NCBI GenBank assembly: GCA_951406725.2 | Contig: OX597837.1 | Span: forward strand, 3,968,001-4,032,000 | Source: Octopus vulgaris | Taxonomy: Eukaryota | Direction: 5' to 3' | Length of the DNA stretch: 64,000 bases | Shown: positions 1 through 12,180 of the stretch, one piece after another | Position numbering within the stretch: the stretch's first letter is position 1 | Layout: the number at the start of each line of letters is the position of its first letter | Made by a program: the position numbers and the translations under genes | Notes under the pieces: generated by a model | Seen by the model: the letters and a program-made list of their open reading frames with translations, nothing else | Databases searched by the model: none | What the model was told of the DNA's origin: nothing

Positions 1-550
1 CTTTCGAGTGCTACTGGTAACATGTAACCCAGTACAACCTGTTGCATGGTCGGGTCGTCGGCGACTAAACCGGCAACCCCTCTAAGCTTGCTTGGTGAGG
101 AGGGTGTTTTTATTTGCCACACTGCGGGATGAAAGACAAAACCCGTCAAAGAGCGGAGGAACTCTTGAGGGTCAACGGCCATCCAATAAATGTCTTAAGG
201 ATGTATCATGCGCGGGGACATAGAAATAATCGGACTGAATACCCGATCACGCGTTTAAACCATTGGGAGTGAAGGACACCTAGCCTTTGTTAGGGCATCC
301 TTCTAGGAGAAGGTAACTCAGGTGACTGGGATAACTCCGACATAAAACCTGCGGCTCAGAGGCTACCGATGATGTTGACTTATTCTTCTTTTCGGATTAT
401 GACTGCTGTTGCTTAGTGAGTGGGATTGACTCAGTGCACAGCCTTTCCTCACTTAAAAAAAAATCTTCTTGCACAGGCATTGCACGATAACATCATTGAT
501 TAAGCTTTGTGCAATGGCCATACTCAATAACGAGGGGGCAGCCAACATGT
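1..550 (+). mobile_element. Non-coding non-LTR retroelement 5' UTR-like sequence (RTE/R4-like non-autonomous derivative), truncated by the window start
   Basis: GC-richer non-coding block. It shares an exact 26-mer (49-74) with the 5' end of the R4-like relic at 42514-42539. It contains GGGCATCCTTCTAGGAGAAGGTAACTC, which resembles motifs I recall from RTE 5' UTRs, and ends in a TATG/CA microsatellite. Confidence 0.45.
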
Positions 551-1335
551 ATGTATATACACACACAGACACACGCACATATTTGTGATACAATTTTATA
601 AGAATTCCCAGTACACTGGGTCAAAGAGTGTACGTTCTCACTAAGATTTTCAGTTCAAGCTATACGCACTTTTCTGTGAAATGAAATCCAGGCTATAATA
701 CAATGTTATATCTTTACCAAAGTAATCGCAACAGTACAAAATAATTTTGAAAGCAGATTAGTTTTCGATTCTGTTCCATTGTGAGCTTAATTTAAAGTGT
801 TTTCCGCCTGCATTCGTTCAATACCGCTTCAATCATTTTTATCACGAACAAGTATATCTAGTTCATCGCAGGCTGTGACTGCTTTTTGGTATAAAGATAG
901 GAATAAGGGATAACATGTCTCATGATAAAAGACGTGACGAGTGTATATCAAAAAAGATATATTTTCCGGCATTACTTACGTAAAACGTACTTGTTTAACT
1001 TTCAACAATTCTATATTATTAAGAAAAAAACTGTAAATTTTTCATCGTTATGGTAATATAGAATTATTTACAACCGTGTCTCTAATTGTATTTATTCTTC
1101 CGCTATATCTTATCTCACATATATATAAAGAAGTGTGATGAGAGGCTGATCAAATCTTTACAAAAACCGAAAGTAATTCCCTCGATTCCCGCTCTTCTTT
1201 TTTCCGACCGAGGTGAGATTTCTTTAAAGTCGACAAATGCTCAATGCATTTTCATTCACTTTAATCACTTTAGAACAGGTTGGCGAGATGGCTGAATCAT
1301 TAGAGCCTTCTACAAAAAGCTTAGTATTACATAAA

Positions 1336-2056
1336 AAGTACCGTGCAAATGTTTTCGGCCACTTTAAACCATTGCAAATTTCTACTAATTGCCGACTTAT
1401 AAGTGGATGTTTCGCATTGCGTTTTTTACAGATGAAACATTGGCCGTTAGAGTCATTTCCATACCTAACTATTATATTTTGTTGTGTTGGACCTGAATGA
1501 GAGAGAAAGATGTGAGACGACCCCAAAAACTGGCCGTGCAGAAGTTTTTGGTCATCTCACATAGATCAATCACGGTATAGTGTTTTGAAATAAAAAAAAA
1601 TGTTTATAATGAAAATTTATTAGATAATGTTAATTTCAAGAACTTACTGTACATGGTTAATACTTCGTATTGCTTCCCTTAGCTTGAATAATTGCTTCAG
1701 TGAGCCTGAAAAGAGATGTGTACAAATCCCTCACTATCTTCACAGGTATGAGATGCCATTCTCTGTAGCTGAGCTCTCACAACTCTTCAAGATTGCGTGG
1801 ATCTTTCTAACGTACTTTTCTCTTTAGTTCTGTCGACATTTACTCGATGATATTTAAGTCAGGGCTCTGAGCTGACCAATCTTTCAATACGGTAACACCT
1901 TCATCAGCCAAACTCTGTTGTGTTGCACGCCATCTGTGGCATGGAGCTCCGTCATGCTGAAAAATCTCACCTTCATGCGAAACATCCACTTATAAGTTGG
2001 CAATTGGTAGAAATTTACAATAGTTTAAACTGGCCGAAGACTTTTGCCCGGCACTG
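1336..2056 (-). mobile_element. Internally deleted Tc1-like (DD34E) DNA transposon relic
   Basis: About 85-bp imperfect terminal inverted repeats (TIRs): AAGTACCGTGCAAATGTTTTCGGCCA... and ...TGGCCGAAGACTTTTGCCCGGCACTG followed by TA. Minus-strand transposase motifs EIFQHDGAPCH (~1935-1968) and DWSAQSPDLNIIE*..LKRKVR (~1810-1881) are interrupted by stops. Confidence 0.9.
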
Positions 2057-2059
2057 TAA

Positions 2060-2620
2060 TTGGGTTGTTTACATTCCGAGTTCAACGTTGCCTTTCAAAG
2101 TGGATAAAATATAGTCCTAGTAAAATAATGGGGTCGCTGGTCTCCACTTATTCTCTGCTTTCAAAATCTCTAGGCTTGTGCTAAAATTAGAAAGAAAATG
2201 AGGTGAACTGGCAAGATCATTAGCATGTCTGACAAAATGCTGAACGGCTTTTCATCCAGGTTTTTACGTTCTGAGTTCAAATTCTCCCTTTCAGCTTTTC
2301 AGGGTCGATAAAATAGACACCAGTTGACCCCTGGAGTGTATGTGATCCACAAACATCTTCCCTCCAAAAAGTCAGGCCTAGTCGATAGTAGAAAGAAAGT
2401 GGGGCTAGCATGTAGGGCTGTTAGTATGCCGGACAAAATGGTTAGCGGCATTTCTTATTGCGTTAAGTTCTGATCTCAAATTCCTCCGACATCGACTTTA
2501 CATAATCTCCTTTCGGGATCGATGAAGTTAGTACCAATCAAGTATTAAGGTTGTTGCAATACAGACTTGCTCCACCCGCCACAAAATTTCAGTCTTCGTG
2601 CCTATAGTAGAAAGGATTGT
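2060..2620 (+). mobile_element. Three degenerate older copies of SINE family B (alternative tail ...GGCCTTGTGCCTATAGTAGAAAG)
   Basis: Degraded GGCGAGCTGGCAGAA head, TTCTGAGTTCAAATT B-box region and GCCTTTCATCCTTTCGGGGTCGATAAA body, repeated three times. Confidence 0.7.
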
Positions 2621-2767
2621 TATTATTGTTCTTTTCTATCGTGGATACTTACACGGCTGGTTTAAATCCAGCGCGGAGGAAAATGAAAAGAAAAAAAGGG
2701 AAAGAGAAAATCCAAATTATCGATTCAAAATTCCTTCCGATATTTAGGTAGATCCATTTACAGTCTG

Positions 2768-3439
2768 GGGTACTTATTTTATCGACCCCGAAATGAAAGG
2801 CAAAATCAACCTCAGTGGAATTTAAACTCAGAGCTTAAACACGGATGAAATACCTATTTCTTTAATGCCTACAAGGGGCTAAACACAGAGAGGAAAAACA
2901 AGGACAGACAAACGGATTAAGTCGATTATATCGACCCCAGTGTGTAACTGGTACTTATTTAATCAACCTCGAAAGGATGAAAGGCAAAGTCAACCTCGGC
3001 GGAATTTGAACTCAGAACGTAACGACAGACGAAATACCTATTTCTTTACTACCCACAGAGAGGACAAACAAAGACAGACAGACGGATTAAGGCGATTAGA
3101 TCGACCCCAGTGTGTAATTGGTACTTATTTAATCGACCCTGAAAGGATGAAAGGCAAAGTCGACCTTGGCGGAATTTGAACTCAGAACGTAACGGCAGAC
3201 GAAATACCTATTTCTTTACTACCCAGAAGGACTAAACACAGAGAGGACAAACAAGGAGAGACAGACGGATTAAGTCGATTATATCGACCCCAGTGCGTAA
3301 CTGGTACTTATTTAATCGACCCCGAAAGGATGAAAGGCAAAATCAACCTTAGTGGAATTTGAACTCAGAGCGTAAAGATGGATGAAATACCGCTAGGTAT
3401 TTTGTGCGGCGTACTAACGATTCAGATAACTCGCCACCT
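2768..3439 (-). mobile_element. Head-to-tail multimer of SINE family B (tRNA-like head, Meta/Sauria-like body)
   Basis: About 3.5 tandem units of the CGACCCCGAAAGGATGAAAGGCAAAGTCGACCTCGGCGGAATTTGAACTCAGAACG body, joined at GAAATACCTATTTC. A full head occurs only in the copy at ~3390-3439. Confidence 0.9.
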
Positions 3440-4572
3440 TAAATCCAAGGTAGAAAAATGGAGGAGGTGGGGATGAAAATGAGAAAATCTAACTTATCGA
3501 CTCGAAATTCTTTTCAGTGTTTATGTAGATCTTCATACAATCTAGGTTCGAATTGTAAACGAGTCAGCTTTATTTTACATTGTCGCCTATTATAATCCAT
3601 TATTGATTAAGCACAGCTTTACAAAAATGTGAGGTTTTGTGTATTTGCTAGAAGTTATTCAATTAATTCGATCAAACAGCGATTTTCTAAACAGCTTTTG
3701 TGTTCAAATTAGAACAATCTACACTTGACTTGGAATTGAAACGCTAGCCTTGTTGTTCACAACGAACGAAGAACGAAATTATATTCCGGCTGCTGAGGGT
3801 TCATAAGTGCAGAAAAAAAAACAAGAACGAACTCAAGATTGAAAGACAAGAAACGAAAATAAAAGGCAAAGGAAGGAAGGAAGCAAAGACAGAAAGAAAG
3901 AACGAACGAACGAGAGAAAGAAGAGACGGCAGCTATAACAAAAGAAATTCTTACAATATCACTTCCTATCACATTTACTCCGCGCTCAAATATGCTAACT
4001 GCTTGAGACAACTGCAATAATTATATTACTATTCACTATAGCAACGGGAGTTACAACAGAGTTCGATAAAGCTTAGCTTAAAAGGTTGAACACTCCAAAC
4101 TGCCATCATAATTTACCTGTTAGGAGTCTTATAAAGTGTGTACTTGTTTTTCAAGGAGGCTAGAAAAGTCGACGAGCTGAAGGTACGTAATGTACGTCAC
4201 CCATAAATTATCTGAAATAGCCTCTTTCTTAAATCAATTGGAACTCTCATGTAGCTATTACATAAATGTATTAGTGATAATAAAATATTCTAATAAAGAT
4301 AAAGTAGATTTATCTCCTAAATGTCTTCGTTTATCGATTTTTTAGTGGATGTTTCTATATTTTTCGCTGGAAGAAGTTAAACCTGAGTGATGGCTAACAT
4401 ACTGTTTAATACTCACGTGGAGAATGAAGGCAAGCAAATTCTAAACATCCCGACGTCCCGTTCTATCGCTTTATAGGTTTACAAGTAGATGTGTATGTAT
4501 GGAATGTACACATATTTATATATATTATAAATATATGCATTAAACATATATTTATATATATGCATATATATA

Positions 4573-5070
4573 GGCAGGAGTGGCTATGTGGTAAGTAAGG
4601 AGAGGCTATGTAGTAAGTAGCTTGCTTACCAACCACTTTGGTCATGGGTTCAGTCCCACTGCGTGGGAACTTGGGGTAGTGTCTTCTGCTATAGCCTCGG
4701 GCCGACCAAAGCCTTGTGAGTGGATTTGGTAGGCGGAAACTGAAAGAAGCCCGTCGTGTATGTATGTATGTATGTATGTATGTATGTATGTATGTATGTA
4801 TGTATGTATGTATGTATGTATGTATGTATGTATCTATCTATCTACGTGTGTGTGTGTGATTGTGTGTCTGTATTTGTCGCCCCAATATCGCTTGGCAACC
4901 GATGTTGGTGTGCTTATGTCCCGGTAACGTAGTGGTTCGGCAAAAGAGACCGATATAATAAGTACTAGGCTTACAAAGAATAAGTCCTGGGATCGATTTA
5001 CTCGACGAGAGGCGGTGCTCCAGCATGGCCGCAGTCAAATGACTGAAACAAGTAAAAGAATAAAAGAATA
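4573..5070 (+). mobile_element. SINE family A, full length (tRNA head, CORE-like ACCTTGGGCAAGT box, internal microsatellite, CR1-type tail)
   Basis: A-box TGGCTATGTGG, B-box GGTTCAGTCCC, internal (TATG)n and tail GGCGGTGCTCCAGCATGGCCGCAGTCAAATGACTGAAAC. Many copies occur in the window. Confidence 0.9.
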
Positions 5071-5261
5071 TTTACACTCTTACTCTTTTATCGCTCTTTA
5101 GTCGAGCAAATCAAACCCAGGACTTATTCTTTGTAAGCCTATTACTTACTTTATCGGTCACTTTCGCCGAACCGCTAAGTTACGGGAACGTAAATACACC
5201 ATATCTATCTATCTATCTATCTATATATATATATGGGTATATATATGTGTATATATATATA

Positions 5262-5493
5262 TATTTCTTTACTACCCACAAGGGGCTAAACACAGAGGGG
5301 ACAAACAAGGACAGACAAACGGATTAAGTTGATTATACAGACTCCTGTGCGTAACTGGTACTTAATTTATCGACCCCGAAAGGATGAAAGGCAAAGTCAA
5401 CCTCGGCGGAATTTGAACTCAGAACGTAACGGCAGACGAAATACGGCTGCGCATTTCGCCCGGCGTGCTAACGTTTCTGCCAGCTCACCACCT
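5262..5493 (-). mobile_element. SINE family B monomer
   Basis: Complete head, body and tail on the minus strand, inserted next to (TA)n. Confidence 0.9.
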
Positions 5494-5914
5494 TTTATAT
5501 CATGTGTAAAGATATATCATATATATTATGCATATGTATATATATCATGTGTGTATATATATATATGTATATATGTATGCATATTTGTTTATATAGAGAC
5601 ATTGCTCAGTGAGATTTCAGTGACCTTTACTTAATTCTTTGCATTTAAAACAGTAGACAAAATGTTTGCTGTTGAGTGTAAAACTTGGTAGATTTAGAAT
5701 TAAATACATTATGCGACACAAAACAACGTTCAATATACTTTATCCGGAAGTCATTAGAAGTATCGTTGCGGAGAGAGTGCAGAGTGAAAATTCCCCACCT
5801 AAGCATGTGTTTAAACGTGGCTAGGTGGAATCATTGCTCCCTAACCTGTCTCCGCAGCGGAAGGTCCTATCACATCCGAATACACACAAACCTATTAAGA
5901 ATGAATTCACATAA

Positions 5915-6735
<821 letters not shown>

Positions 6736-7032
6736 TTCATGCATATTCCAAAAGTAGAATGATAAATGAAGAAATAAAACACAATTGTATCTCATGTGAA
6801 AGAAAACACCAAAGAATATAAATCTGAAAAAAGATGTAACGAATGAAACGCAACCGCATAATGTACTGTATAAAGTTGCTTCCAACCATTTATATCACAC
6901 ATATAAAGCCACTCGAAGACATAAATTTATAGTTAACCTAAAACTGTAACTAACGTAGAGTAGATCGCATATGTTACATCTAAAACTACATCTAAGATAC
7001 GAAGCTGCTTCAAATGTATAAAGCTACTTAAT

Positions 7033-7635
7033 GAGGCGAGCTGGCAGAATCGTTAGCACGCTGGACGAAACGCTTAGCGGTATTTTGTCTGTCGCTACGT
7101 TCTGAGTTCAAATTCCGCCGCGGTCGACTTTACCTTTCATCCTTTCGGGGTCGATTAAATAAGTACCAGTTACGCCCTGGGGTCGATATAATCGTCTTAA
7201 TCCGTGTGTCTGTCCTGGTTTGTCCCTTCTGTGTTTAGCCCCTTCTGGGTAGTAAAGAAATAGGCTTTTCGTTCGTCTTTACGTTCTGAGTTCAAATTCT
7301 GTCGAGGTCGATTTTTCCTTTCATCTTTTTAGGAGTCAATAAAATAAGTATCTGTTGAGTATTGGGATTGATGTAATCTACTTTCTTCATCTTCCGACCT
7401 TGATGGACTTGCCGCAAAATTTCAAACGGATTTATGATATTTGAAACCAGTTTATGAAGCCCTGATAAGGTTGTGAGCTGTCAGAATCCTTAGCATACCA
7501 ACAAAATTGCATAACGATATTTCTTTCGGCATTACGTTCAGGGTTCAAATGCCTCCGAGATCGTCTTCGCTTTTCGGGTTTCCAGGGTCGATAAAATAAG
7601 TACCAGCTGGTCTTGCGCCTAAATTTGAAACTAAT
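7033..7635 (+). mobile_element. SINE family B cluster (one dimer plus an older copy)
   Basis: GGCGAGCTGGCAGAATCGTTAGCACG head at 7035, second unit starting after AAAGAAATAGG, and a degenerate copy at ~7468-7635. Confidence 0.85.
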
Positions 7636-7804
7636 AATACACAAAGCTACGTTAATACGGCGATAAAGCAACGTCTTATATATTGTTTGACCAAAAGATC
7701 CGACTATTGCAAGCATAATCAAGTATTACAAAAAATAACGCATTTGGCCAAATTTGGACACGCGACAGTTTAACATAAATAGCAACGACATACATACATA
7801 CATA

Positions 7805-7840
<36 letters not shown>

Positions 7841-8606
7841 TGTATGTATGTATGTATGTATGTATGTATGTATGTATGTATGTATGTATGTATGTATGTA
7901 TTATGTGTGTATGTTAAAGAACGTAAATAAATTTATTGACAAGAAAACCATAAGAAAGAACAAAAACGAAACGGATTGGCTATATATATCTTCCCTAATC
8001 TTATTTGACAAGAATTCTTGCTTCATTCGGTCTCTTCTCCCACACCTACAAATCACCTACACAACATGTTCTAGCTTAGCATTCATTTGACTTCTAGTAT
8101 ATATTTTTTACGCCACAAGAAATTATTTTTTAGCATCGAATTGTCTTTATTATATTTTATTTCAACACGTTCTATCGCCATCCATCATCCATCCTTTATC
8201 GCAATTTGATTCATCACTTCTTATTTAACTTAACTCATAAATCTCATTTACACCATTTATTTATTCATCACACATCCAAATGAAGTAATGTTTTAGTTTT
8301 TGTCATTTGATTTATCTGTTTTTATCTTAGTTTTACTTTATTAACTGACATTTGAATGAATGTTCCTAAGAGAGAACATGGCTGCCTGTCCACCTTAACG
8401 GACGCTTGTGTCCATGTGAGTACGCATGTGTTTGTGTAATATATGTATGTAATATATGTATGTATGAGGGCAAGTGTAAACATGAAGACGTATAAATATA
8501 AGTCTAAAAGTGAACAGTCATTTTTTTTACCGAAACGTTAAGTGAGAGGGGACACGAAGAAACAAACGCCGAGTGTTAATATATGTGAGTATATGTATAT
8601 ATATAC

Positions 8607-8675
<69 letters not shown>

Positions 8676-8695
8676 TATATATACATATATATATA

Positions 8696-8765
<70 letters not shown>

Positions 8766-8845
8766 CATATATATATATGTATATATGTGTATACGTATAT
8801 ATATGTATATAGAGCAAATAAATAACAAGGGTTTCCAGGTATAAG

Positions 8846-8932
8846 TGCATTACGGCCGTTTCAAGCGGCTCCATTGAATCGATCAATGAAAACATTACAT
8901 CAATATGAAATAAACCACATTCCTCGGGTGCA
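8846..8932 (-). ncRNA. Type-I hammerhead ribozyme relic with extended stem II
   Basis: Minus strand: ugcac-CCGAGGA-auguggUUU...(58 nt)...gagccgcuu-GAAAC-GGCC-GUA-augca. Stem III is the palindrome ACGGCCGU, the core carries U4C, and the element ends in (TA)n. Confidence 0.55.
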
Positions 8933-9639
8933 GCGAACCATATACATTTCCAACATAAAGAATTAACCACTTTTTAAAGTGCAACTTATATCAATACCAT
9001 CGACGAAAATAATTTCATTTTCTCTTTGGTATTTCCGTGGCAGAATGGAATTTTCGTAAATAATGCTTACTTACAGCCTTATATGAATTAGCGTAGTACA
9101 GGGGAATAGTGGGAGTAATGGAATGAGGAAGAGAGAGATGGTTCATAATTATTAGGTTTCTAAGATTACTTGCAGTATATTGTCTTCATCCAACTCTGAA
9201 GAATTAAGTCTATTGGGAGTTGACAGTTAAGTTCCTGCAGGTGGTGATAAATTAATTAATTGTCAGAGACGACCCCACTGTCCGCGAGCCTAATCTACAT
9301 AAAGGGCAGGTCAGAGACCTGCTAATAAGGGGATGACAGAAGGCGAGGGAAGCGACATAATATGTACCAGACTAACAAACAAAAGTACAAAAGGGAAAGA
9401 AAATATAAATACTGAGTTGGATTTGTTCGACTAAAAACATTCAAAGTGATGCCCCAGCATGGTCGCAGTGCAATGGCGGAAACGAATAAGGTGAAGCGGT
9501 TACAAACAAATTATGTCCTTAATCGAGCGCTTATCCCTTACTATAACTTTAATCCTAACGTTTTATTATGTAATCCAGACATCATAATTCTTTCAACTGT
9601 ACTCTGTACTCTACGCTTATACGATCAGCCATGTATATA

Positions 9640-9900
9640 TTATCGACTGACTTTATCATATAACAACACAACCATTCTATATCTCCCGTCAAATCTATTA
9701 TCCCAACAAACTCCGTGCGTGGAACCTTTTCAAGCTATCTTCAATCATAATAACATTGATATATTATTGATTGACCTTATCAGAACTTTTATATTAATAT
9801 GATATCGATTAACTTTATGATATCTTCCATATAAATAATATATCGATTGACTTTATCATATCATCCATATTAATATAATGCCCATTGATTTTACCATATA
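9640..9900. repeat. Degenerate 38-bp minisatellite
   Basis: A TATCGATTGACTTTATCATA-like core occurs at 9641, ~9765, 9803, 9841 and ~9879; the last four are spaced 38 bp apart. Confidence 0.6.
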
Positions 9901-10284
9901 ACCACTTCATTCAACTACATCTGATCTCGTAAAAACTAATTTACTCGATAATCTCAGTCCATAAAATATTTTCATGAGATTCCCCAGGTTACACGTTTTT
10001 GTTCTCTCACTCTAAAGCTGGTTATGCAGCCACAGTGCCCCCAACCCTTTATCTAACACGTGTACGTAGGCAAGTAAGCATCGGAGGTGTGGGACCGAGG
10101 TTTATTTTCTCGATTTATTTTCTATCAGTAGCTGGAGTGGTTGATGAAGTCCATTACTTGTTGGAATATCTATTTGTTTGGTTAATGAAAAGACTGTTAT
10201 ATCGTCATATTTTCCTGTTATCAGTTTAACTTTTGTCGTTTCTTATTTCCTAATTAATTTCATGGTTGATATTAATATAAAAAG

Positions 10285-10760
10285 GAGGCGAGCTGGCAGA
10301 ACCGTTAGCACGCCGGGGGAAATGCGAAGCCGTATTTCGTCTGCCGTTACGTTCTGAGTTCAATTTCCGCCGAGGTCGACTTTGCCTTTCATCCTTTCGG
10401 GGTCGATAAATTAAGCACCAGTTACGCACTGGGGTCGATTTAATCGACTTAATTCGTTTGTCTGTCCTTGTTTGTCCCCTCTATGTTTAGCACCTTGTGG
10501 GTAGTAAAGAAATGGGTATACATATATAAGGGCGGTGAGCTGGCAGAACCGTTAGCACACCGGGCGAAATGCGTAGCCGTATTTCGTCTGCCGTTACGTT
10601 CTGAGTTCAATTTCCGCCGAGGTCGATTTTGCCTTTCATCCTTTCGGGGTCGATAAATTAAGCACCAGTTACGCACTGGGGTCGATATAATCGACTTAAT
10701 CCCTTTGTCTGTCCTTGTTTGTTCCCTCTATGTTTAGCCCCTTGTGGGTAATAAAGAAAC
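10285..10760 (+). mobile_element. Two adjacent young SINE family B copies
   Basis: Two full head-body-tail units. GATATTAATAT flanks both sides (~10268 and ~10762) and is a likely target-site duplication (TSD). Confidence 0.9.
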
Positions 10761-11519
10761 AGATATTAATATATTTTATTCTTCTCTCTGTTGTGCAGTA
10801 GAAGATTGTGTGCGGATAGTCATCCCCGAAGGGAGGAGCATCAAAAATTTAAACCGCTTTCATGATTTTCATCGACTGAAAAGAAAAGAAGAGGATTCGA
10901 TTGAATTAGCCACCTTGATAGAGCTTCCATCAAGTTCTGAATATAAATCCGCGCTAAAACGCCCGAGTTTGTGAGAGCGTTTCATCATAAGAACGGAAAC
11001 TTGAGACAGGGCAGACGCTCAAATATTTGAAAGCCATTTTTGATAAAGAATCAAGACATGAATTTTTGGTAAGTATTATGATAACAATAGAACAGAAAAA
11101 AAATGAAGAAATAAATCTCATCAAGAAATGGGGAGATACCAACATTAACTTGAAAAACAAAATCAGTCATTTGCATACACTGGAGGAATTACAACCGTGT
11201 TTCGTGGCCTGCTACCACAACAGCTCCTTTATAGGATCCAGTTAGCTCGAGACATCACCAGAAGGAACCACGTCCGGTTTTGGCTCCTACTCCTCTACCG
11301 TTTTGACGTGGCGCCCCCCCACTTTCGGAGGTGTCTTCAGCTCTGGTGTTGGGTGCATGTCTTCTTTCTTCTGTTCCCTGGCTTCTTCGATGTACCGTCA
11401 GCGAGTGTCAGCCGGTGACTGACTGACTTGTCAAATTTTCCCCCTTAAATACCTGACGCTAGGCTCCAGCAGGCATTCCCAGCAAGTTGTCATGTGAGAC
11501 TGTCTCACCTTAACTTGCA

Positions 11520-12180
11520 CCGAAGCCAAAACTGGAAGCCCATTGCAGACAAAAGTACGGGCATTGAAAATGAAATGCTACTCCAACTTGTACTTCGATC
11601 ATATCACAAATGAGACAGCTCACGAAATTATCAATTGGTTCTCATAAACACCACACAACCAGGAAGAAATCAACGCGGAGATGGTATAAGCATGTATAAG
11701 GCGGCGAGCTGGCAGAAACGTTAGCACACCGGGTGAAATGCGTAGCCGTATTTCGTCTGCCGTTGCGTTCTGAGTTCAAATTCCGCCCAGGTCGACTTTG
11801 CCTTTCATCCTTTCGGGGTCGATAAATTAAGTACCAGTTACGCCCTGGGTTCGATCTAATCGACTTAATCCGTTTGTCTGTCCTTGTTTGTCCTCTCTGT
11901 GTTTAGCCCCTTGTGGGTAGTAAAGAAATAGGTATAAGCATGTAACAAAATCAGGTGGCCTTGCAAAGACAAATCTCTAAAGAAGTGTGGTCAGAGAAAG
12001 AAGTAGAGACAGGCAGATAAAAAGATGGAGAAATAATGTCAAGGAGTGGATAGGCATACTATTAGTGTGAACACGGGCTCTGGCAAACAGCCGCAACAGC
12101 TGGAGAAATCCAAACATATAGTGTGTCTTGATGGCACCCATACTAATTCCGCTGGAAACTGAAGGTCAACGTAAGCCAAC
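11520..12180 (+). pseudogene. RTE-clade LINE RT C-terminal relic, interrupted by a SINE B
   Basis: Degenerate ALKMKCY...DHITNE...RRWYKHVTKSGGLAKT.. matches the RTE pattern AFEMKCYR..DHITNE..WYGHVTRS.GLAKTILQG. Confidence 0.7.
11697..11930 (+). mobile_element. SINE family B with 14-bp TSD
   Basis: TSD GGTATAAGCATGTA at 11683-11696 and 11931-11944. Confidence 0.92.

Noticed and set aside
2940-3179. Recurrent ORF MRNWYLIYRPRKDERQSRPRRNLNSER found at many loci
   Set aside because: It is an antisense translation of SINE family B, not a gene family.
2768-3439. Regularly spaced repeats resembling a CRISPR array (also 17570-18183 and 9640-9900)
   Set aside because: The units are whole SINE bodies or degenerate minisatellite with no unique spacers. 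There are no cas genes and the context is eukaryotic.
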